From assembly GCA_964057225.1 (NCBI GenBank), contig OZ059897.1:22630001-22694000 (forward strand): 64,000 nt of DNA, written 5' to 3'. The position numbers and the translations under genes were made by a program. This DNA is from Auanema rhodensis. Lineage: Eukaryota > Animalia > Nematoda. Positions 55,901 to 64,000 of the stretch are shown here, piece by piece (position 1 is the stretch's first letter; each line of letters starts with the position of its first letter). The notes beneath the pieces were generated by a model. The model had not been told where the DNA came from. It saw nothing but the letters and a program-made list of their open reading frames with translations, and ran no database searches.

Positions 55901-57729
55901 GCGAGTTACATACCGAGGGCACATCACGTGTACATTTAATTAGCATAAATTAAAGTTCACGTAAATTTCAAAGTCATGGTTACCATGCACCAATATCAAT
56001 AAAAATTTGTTTTTAGACTAATATGGACATGGGGAATCTAATGTTGAAAACCGCATCTCTTTATCTTTCACGTGAAGCGAGTTACATACCAAGTGCACAT
56101 CACGTGTACATTTAATTAGCATAAATTAAAGTTCACGTAAATTTCAAAGTCGTGGTTACCATGCACCAATATCAATAAAAATTCGTTTTTAGACTAATAT
56201 GGACATGGGGAATCTAATTTTGAAAACCGCATCTCTTTATCTTTCACGTGAAGCGAGTTACATACCAAGTGCACATCACGTGTACATTTAATTAGCATAA
56301 ATTAAAGTTCACGTAAATTTCAAAGTCATGGTTACCATGCACCAATATCAATAAAAATTTGTTTTTAGACTAATATGGACATGGGGAATCTAATTTTGAA
56401 AACCGCATCTCTTTATCTTTCACGTGAAGCGAGTTACATACCAAGTGCACATCACGTGTACATTTAATTAGCATAAATTAAAGTTCACGTAAATTTCAAA
56501 GTCATGGTTACCATGCACCAATATCAATAAAAATTTGTTTTTAGACTAATATGGACATGGGGAATCTAATTTTGAAAACCGCATCTCTTTATCTTTCACG
56601 TGAAGCGAGTTACATACCAAGTGCACATCACGTGTACATTTAATTAGCATAAATTAAAGTTCACGTAAATTTCAAAGAGATGGTTACCATGAACCAATAT
56701 CAATTAAAATTTGTTTTTAGACTAATATGGACATGAGCAATCTAATTTTGAAAACCGCATCTCTTTATCTTTCACGTGAAGCGAGTTACATACCAAGTGC
56801 ACATCACGTGTACATTTAATTAGCATAAATTAAAGTTCACGTAAATTTCAAAGTCACGGTTACCATGCACCAATATCAATAAAAATTTGTTTTTAGACTA
56901 ATATGGACATGGGGAATCTAATTTTGAAAACCGTATCTCTTTATCTCTCACGTGAAGCGAGTTACATACCAAGTGCACATCACGTGTACATTTAATTAGC
57001 ATAAATTAAAGTTCACGTAAATTTCAAAGTCATGGTTACCATGAACCAATATCAATAACAATTTGTTTTTAGACTAATATGGACATGGGGAATCTAATTT
57101 TGAAAACCGTATCTCTTTATCTCTCACGTGAAGCGAGTTACATACCAAGTGCACATCACGTGTACATTTAATTAGCATAAATTAAAGTTCACGTAAATTT
57201 CAAAGTCATGGTTACCATGAACCAATATCAATAACAATTTGTTTTTAGACTAATATGGACATGGGCAATCTAATTTTGAAAACCGCATCTCTTTATCTTT
57301 CACGTGAAGCGAGTTACATACCAAGTGCACATCACGTGTACATTTAATTAGCATAAATTAAAGTTCACGTAAATTTCAAAGTCATGGTTACCATGCACCA
57401 ATATCAATAAAAATTTGTTTTTAGACTAATATGGACATGGGGAATCTAATGTTGAAAACCGCATCTCTTTATCTTTCACGTGAAGCGAGTTACATACCAA
57501 GTGCACATCACGTGTACATTTAATTAGCATAAATTAAAGTTCACGTAAATTTCAAAGTCATGGTTACCATGCACCAATATCAATAAAAATTTGTTTTTAG
57601 ACTAATATGGACATGGGGAATCTAATTTTGAAAACCGCATCTCTTTATCTTTCACGTGAAGCGAGTTACATACCAAGTGCACATCACGTGTACATTTAAT
57701 TAGCATAAATTAAAGTTCACGTAAATTTC

Positions 57730-60721
57730 AAAGTCATGGTTACCATGCACCAATATCAATAAAAATTTGTTTTTAGACTAATATGGACATGGGGAATCTA
57801 ATTTTGAAAACCGTATCTTTTTATCTCTCACGTGAAGCGAGTTACATACCAAGTGCACATCACGTGTACATTTAATTAGCATAAATTAAAGTTCACGTAA
57901 ATTTCAAAGTCATGGTTACCATGAACCAATATCAATAACAATTTGTTTTTAGACTAATATGGACATGGGCAATCTAATTTTGAAAACCGCATCTCTTTAT
58001 CTTTCACGTGAAGCGAGTTACATACCAAGTGCACATCACGTGTACATTTAATTAGCATAAATTAAAGTTCACGTAAATTTCAAAGTCATGGTTACCATGC
58101 ACCAATATCAATAAAAATTTGTTTTTAGACTAATATGGACATGAGGAATCTAATTTTGAAAACCGCATCTCTTTATCTTTCACGTGAAGCGAGTTACATA
58201 CCGAGTGCACATCACGTGTACATTTAATTAGCATAAATTAAAGTTCACGTAAATTTCAAAGTCATGGTTACCATGCACCAATATCAATAAAAATTTGTTT
58301 TTAGACTAATATGGACATGGGGAATCTAATGTTGAAAACCGCATCTCTTTTTCTTTCACGTGAAGCGAGTTACATACCAAGTGCACATCACGTGTACATT
58401 TAATTAGCATAAATTAAAGTTCACGTAAATTTCAAAGTCATGGTTACCATGCACCAATATCAATAAAAATTTGTTTTTAGACTAATATGGACATGGGGAA
58501 TCTAATTTTGAAAACCGCATCTCTTTATCTTTCACGTGAAGCGAGTTACATACCAAGTGCACATCACGTGTACATTTAATTAGCATAAATTAAAGTTCAC
58601 GTAAATTTCAAAGTCATGGTTACCATGAACCAATATCAATAACAATTTGTTTTTAGACTAATATGGACATGGGCAATCTAATTTTGAAAACCGCATCTCT
58701 TTATCTTTCACGTGAAGCGAGTTACATACCAAGTGCACATCACGTGTACATTTAATTAGCATAAATTAAAGTTCACGTAAATTTCAAAGTCATGGTTACC
58801 ATGAAGCAATATCAATAAAAATTTGTTTTTAGACTAATATGGACATGGGGAATCTAATTTTGAAAACCGCATCTCTTTATCTTTCACGTGAAGCGAGTTA
58901 CATACCAAGTGCACATCACGTGTACATTTAATTAGCATAAATTAAAGTTCACGTAAATTTCAAAGTCATGGTTACCATGCACCAATATCAATAAAAATTT
59001 GTTTTTAGACTAATATGGACATGGGGAATCTAATTTTGAAAACCGTATCTTTTTATCTCTCACGTGAAGCGAGTTACATACCAAGTGCACATCACGTGTA
59101 CATTTAATTAGCATAAATTAAAGTTCACGTAAATTTCAAAGTCATGGTTACCATGAACCAATATCAATAACAATTTGTTTTTAGACTAATATGGACATGG
59201 GCAATCTAATTTTGAAAACCGCATCTCTTTATCTTTCACGTGAAGCGAGTTACATACCAAGTGCACATCACGTGTACATTTAATTAGCATAAATTAAAGT
59301 TCACGTAAATTTCAAAGTCATGGTTACCATGCACCAATATCAATAAAAATTTGTTTTTAGACTAATATGGACATGAGGAATCTAATTTTGAAAACCGCAT
59401 CTCTTTATCTTTCACGTGAAGCGAGTTACATACCGAGTGCACATCACGTGTACATTTAATTAGCATAAATTAAAGTTCACGTAAATTTCAAAGTCATGGT
59501 TACCATGCACCAATATCAATAAAAATTTGTTTTTAGACTAATATGGACATGGGGAATCTAATGTTGAAAACCGCATCTCTTTATCTTTCACGTGAAGCGA
59601 GTTACATACCAAGTGCACATCACGTGTACATTTAATTAGCATAAATTAAAGTTCACGTAAATTTCAAAGTCATGGTTACCATGCACCAATATCAATAAAA
59701 ATTTGTTTTTAGACTAATATGGACATGGGGAATCTAATTTTGAAAACCGCATCTCTTTATCTTTCACGTGAAGCGAGTTACATACCAAGTGCACATCACG
59801 TGTACATTTAATTAGCATAAATTAAAGTTCACGTAAATTTCAAAGTCATGGTTACCATGAACCAATATCAATAAAAATTTGTTTTTAAACTAATATGGAC
59901 ATGGGGAATCTAATTTTGAAAACCGTATCTCTTTATCTCTCACGTGAAGCGAGTTACATACCAAGTGCACATCACGTGTACATTTAATTAGCATAAATTA
60001 AAGTTCACGTAAATTTCAAAGTCATGGTTACCATGAACCAATATCAATAACAATTTGTTTTTAGACTAATATGGACATGGGCAATCTAATTTTGAAAACC
60101 GCATCTCTTTATCTTTCACGTGAAGCGAGTTACATACCAAGTGCACATCACGTGTACATTTAATTAGCATAAATTAAAGTTCACGTAAATTTCAAAGTCA
60201 TGGTTACCATGCACCAATATCAATAAAAATTTGTTTTTAGACTAATATGGACATGAGGAATCTAATTTTGAAAACCGCATCTCTTTATCTTTCACGTGAA
60301 GCGAGTTACATACCGAGTGCACATCACGTGTACATTTAATTAGCATAAATTAAAGTTCACGTAAATTTCAAAGTCATGGTTACCATGCACCAATATCAAT
60401 AAAAATTTGTTTTTAGACTAATATGGACATGGGGAATCTAATGTTGAAAACCGCATCTCTTTATCTTTCACGTGAAGCGAGTTACATACCAAGTGCACAT
60501 CACGTGTACATTTAATTAGCATAAATTAAAGTTCACGTAAATTTCAAAGTCATGGTTACCATGCACCAATATCAATAAAAATTTGTTTTTAGACTAATAT
60601 GGACATGGGGAATCTAATTTTGAAAACCGCATCTCTTTATCTTTCACGTGAAGCGAGTTACATACCAAGTGCACATCACGTGTACATTTAATTAGCATAA
60701 ATTAAAGTTCACGTAAATTTC
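57730..60721 (+). repeat. 5-monomer module present three times
   Basis: [T85+C98], [C34+C65], [A63+G122], G74, plain CACC occurs at monomers 329-333, 336-340 and 341-345. Confidence 0.8.
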
Positions 60722-63700
60722 AAAGTCATGGTTACCATGAACCAATATCAATAAAAATTTGTTTTTAAACTAATATGGACATGGGGAATCTAATTTTGAA
60801 ATCCGCATCTCTTTGTCTTTCACGTGAAGCGAGTTACATACCAAGTGCACATCACGTGTACATTTAATTAGCATAAATTAAAGTTCACGTAAATTTCAAA
60901 GTCATGGTTACCATGAACCAATATCAATAAAAATTTGTTTTTAGACTAATATGGACATGGGGAATCTAATTTTGAAAACCGCATCTATTCGTCTTTCACG
61001 TGAAGCGAGTTACATACCAAGTGCACATCACGTGTACATTTAATTAGCATAAATTAAAGTTCACGTAAATTTCAAAGTCATGGTTACCATGCACCAATAT
61101 CAATAAAAATTTGTTTTTAGACTAATATGGACATGGGGAATCTAATTTTGAAAACCGCATCTCTTTATCTTTCACGTGAAGCGAGTTACATACCAAGTGC
61201 ACATCACGTGTACATTTAATTAGCATAAATTAAAGTTCACGTAAATTTCAAAGTCATGGTTACCATGCACCAATATCAATAAAAATTTGTTTTTAGACTA
61301 ATATGGACATGGGGAATCTAATTTTGAAAACCGCATCTCTTTATCTTTCACGTGAAGCGAGTTACATACCAAGTGCACATCACGTGTACATTTAATTAGC
61401 ATAAATTAAAGTTCACGTAAATTTCAAAGTCATGGTTACCATGAACCAATATCAATAACAATTTGTTTTTAGACTAATATGGACATGGGGAATCTAATTT
61501 TGAAAACCGCATCTCTTTATCTTTCACGTGAAGCGAGTTACATACCAAGTGCACATCACGTGTACATTTAATTAGCATAAATTAAAGTTCACGTAAATTT
61601 CAAAGTCATGGTTACCATGCACCAATATCAATAAAAATTTGTTTTTAGACTAATATGGACATGGGGAATCTAATGTTGAAAACCGCATCTCTTTATCTTT
61701 CACGTGAAGCGAGTTACATACCAAGTGCACATCACGTGTACATTTAATTAGCATAAATTAAAGTTCACGTAAATTTCAAAGTCATGGTTACCATGCACCA
61801 ATATCAATAAAAATTTGTTTTTAGACTAATATGGACATGGGGAATCTAATGTTGAAAACCGCATCTCTTTATCTTTCACGTGAAGCGAGTTACATACCAA
61901 GTGCACATCACGTGTACATTTAATTAGCATAAATTAAAGTTCACGTAAATTTCAAAGTCATGGTTACCATGCACCAATATCAATAAAAATTTGTTTTTAG
62001 ACTAATATGGACATGGGGAATCTAATTTTGAAAACCGCATCTCTTTATCTTTCACGTGAAGCGAGTTACATACCAAGTGCACATCACGTGTACATTTAAT
62101 TAGCATAAATTAAAGTTCACGTAAATTTCAAAGTCATGGTTACCATGAACCAATATCAATAAAAATTTGTTTTTAAACTAATATGGACATGGGGAATCTA
62201 ATTTTGAAAACCGCATCTCTTTGTCTTTCACGTGAAGCGAGTTACATACCAAGTGCACATCACGTGTACATTTAATTAGCATAAATTAAAGTTCACGTAA
62301 ATTTCAAAGTCATGGTTACCATGCACCAATATCAATAAAAATTTGTTTTTAGACTAATATGGACATGGGGAATCTAATTTTGAAAACCGCATCTCTTTAT
62401 CTTTCACGTGAAGCGAGTTACATACCAAGTGCACATCACGTGTACATTTAATTAGCATAAATTAAAGTTCACGTAAATTTCAAAGTCATGGTTACCATGA
62501 ACCAATATCAATAAAAATTTGTTTTTAAACTAATATGGACATGGGGAATCTAATTTTGAAAACCGCATCTCTTTGTCTTTCACGTGAAGCGAGTTACATA
62601 CCAAGTGCACATCACGTGTACATTTAATTAGCATAAATTAAAGTTCACGTAAATTTCAAAGTCATGGTTACCATGAACCAATATCAATAAAAATTTGTTT
62701 TTAGACTAATATGGACATGGGGAATCTAATTTTGAAAACCGCATCTATTCGTCTTTCACGTGAAGCGAGTTACATACCAAGTGCACATCACGTGTACATT
62801 TAATTAGCATAAATTAAAGTTCACGTAAATTTCAAAGTCATGGTTACCATGAACCAATATCAATAAAAATTTGTTTTTAGACTAATATGGACATGGGGAA
62901 TCTAATTTTGAAAACCGCATCTCTTTATCTTTCACGTGAAGCGAGTTACATACCAAGTGCACATCACGTGTACATTTAATTAGCATAAATTAAAGTTCAC
63001 GTAAATTTCAAAGTCATGGTTACCATGAACCAATATCAATAAAAATTTGTTTTTAGACTAATATGGACATGGGGAATCAAATTTTGAAAACCGCATCTCT
63101 TTATCTTTCACGTGAAGCGAGTTACATACCAAGTGCACATCACGTGTACATTTAATTAGCATAAATTAAAGTTCACGTAAATTTCAAAGTCATGGTTACC
63201 ATGAACCAATATCAATAAAAATTTGTTTTTAGACTAATATGGACATGGGGAATCTAATTTTGAAAACCGCATCTCTTCATCTTTCACGTGAAGCGAGTTA
63301 CATACCAAGTGCACATCACGTGTACATTTAATTAGCATAAATTAAAGTTCACGTAAATTTCAAAGTCATGGTTACCATGAAGCAATATCAATAAAAATTT
63401 GTTTTTAGACTAATATGGACATGGGGAATCTAATGTTGAAAACCGCATCTCTTTATCTTTCACGTGAAGCGAGTTACATACCAAGTGCACATCACGTGTA
63501 CATTTAATTAGCATAAATTAAAGTTCACGTAAATTTCAAAGTCATGGTTACCATGCACCAATATCAATAAAAATTTGTTTTTAGACTAATATGGACATGA
63601 GGAATCTAATTTTGAAAACCGCATCTCTTCATCTTTCACGTGAAGCGAGTTACATACCAAGTGCACATCACGTGTACATTTAATTAGCATAAATTAAAGT

Positions 63701-64000
63701 TCACGTAAATTTCAAAGTCATGGTTACCATGAACCAATATCAATAAAAATTTGTTTTTAGACTAATATGGACATGGGGAATCTAATTTTAAAAACCGCAT
63801 CTCTTTATCTTTCACGTGAAGCGAGTTACATACCAAGTGCACATCACGTGTACATTTAATTAGCATAAATTAAAGTTCACGTAAATTTCAAAGTCATGGT
63901 TACCATGCACCAATATCAATAAAAATTTGTTTTTAGACTAATATGGACATGAAGAATCTAATTTTGAAAACCGCATCTCTTTATCTTTCACGTGAAGCGA

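Larger units (their letters stand above)
1..64000 (+). repeat. 176-bp tandem satellite DNA array (~363.6 monomers), probable centromeric/pericentromeric satellite
   Basis: AAAGTCATGGTTACC recurs at 1, 177, 353 ... 2641 (=1+15x176) and onward. The phase shifts by +1 after ~27530 and holds to monomer 364 at 63890. No interruption or inversion seen. Consensus GC is 56/176. Satellite identity is seen directly; a centromeric role is inferred from unit size and homogeneity. Confidence 0.98.

Noticed and set aside
1-64000. CRISPR array
   Set aside because: There are no unique spacers. The full 176 bp is repeated with only point variants, and no cas genes or leader are present.
1-64000. Tandem 5S rRNA, tRNA, snRNA or spliced-leader gene array
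   Set aside because: No recognisable 5S sequence, Pol III A/B/C boxes or cloverleaf on either strand. An Infernal/Rfam scan would settle this.
1-64000. Embedded transposon, inversion or telomeric repeat within the array
   Set aside because: The 176-bp phase is continuous apart from a single +1 shift, leaving no room for an insertion. No reverse-orientation monomers or telomere motifs were seen.

Overview
The whole window is one uninterrupted head-to-tail tandem array of a 176-bp AT-rich (~32% GC) satellite monomer: 363 complete copies plus 111 bp of a 364th, all in the same orientation. Monomer n starts at 1+176(n-1) for n<=157, and at 2+176(n-1) after a single T insertion at 27529-27533. 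Consensus: AAAGTCATGGTTACCATG[AACC/CACC/AAGC/AACT]AATATCAATAAAAATTTGTTTTTAGACTAATATGGACATGGGGAATCTAATTTTGAAAACCGCATCTCTTTATCTTTCACGTGAAGCGAGTTACATACCAAGTGCACATCACGTGTACATTTAATTAGCATAAATTAAAGTTCACGTAAATTTC. Copies usually differ from the consensus at 0-5 positions. Unit length (about one nucleosome plus linker), homogeneity and array size fit a eukaryotic centromeric or pericentromeric satellite (inference). I cannot assign the organism. I found no credible gene, RNA gene, transposon or CRISPR array, so there is no protein-coding system here. The interesting signal is structural. (i) The monomer is rich in dyad symmetry, including a hidden 84-bp degenerate palindrome across the monomer junction. 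(ii) One hypervariable 5-bp site barcodes the monomers. (iii) That barcode reveals nested local block duplications with many periods (2, 4, 5, 6, 8, 9, 11, 15, 18 monomers), chimeric monomers marking breakpoints, long-range re-use of blocks, and a sub-family boundary near 49.6-50.3 kb. All variant typing was done by eye and should be confirmed computationally.
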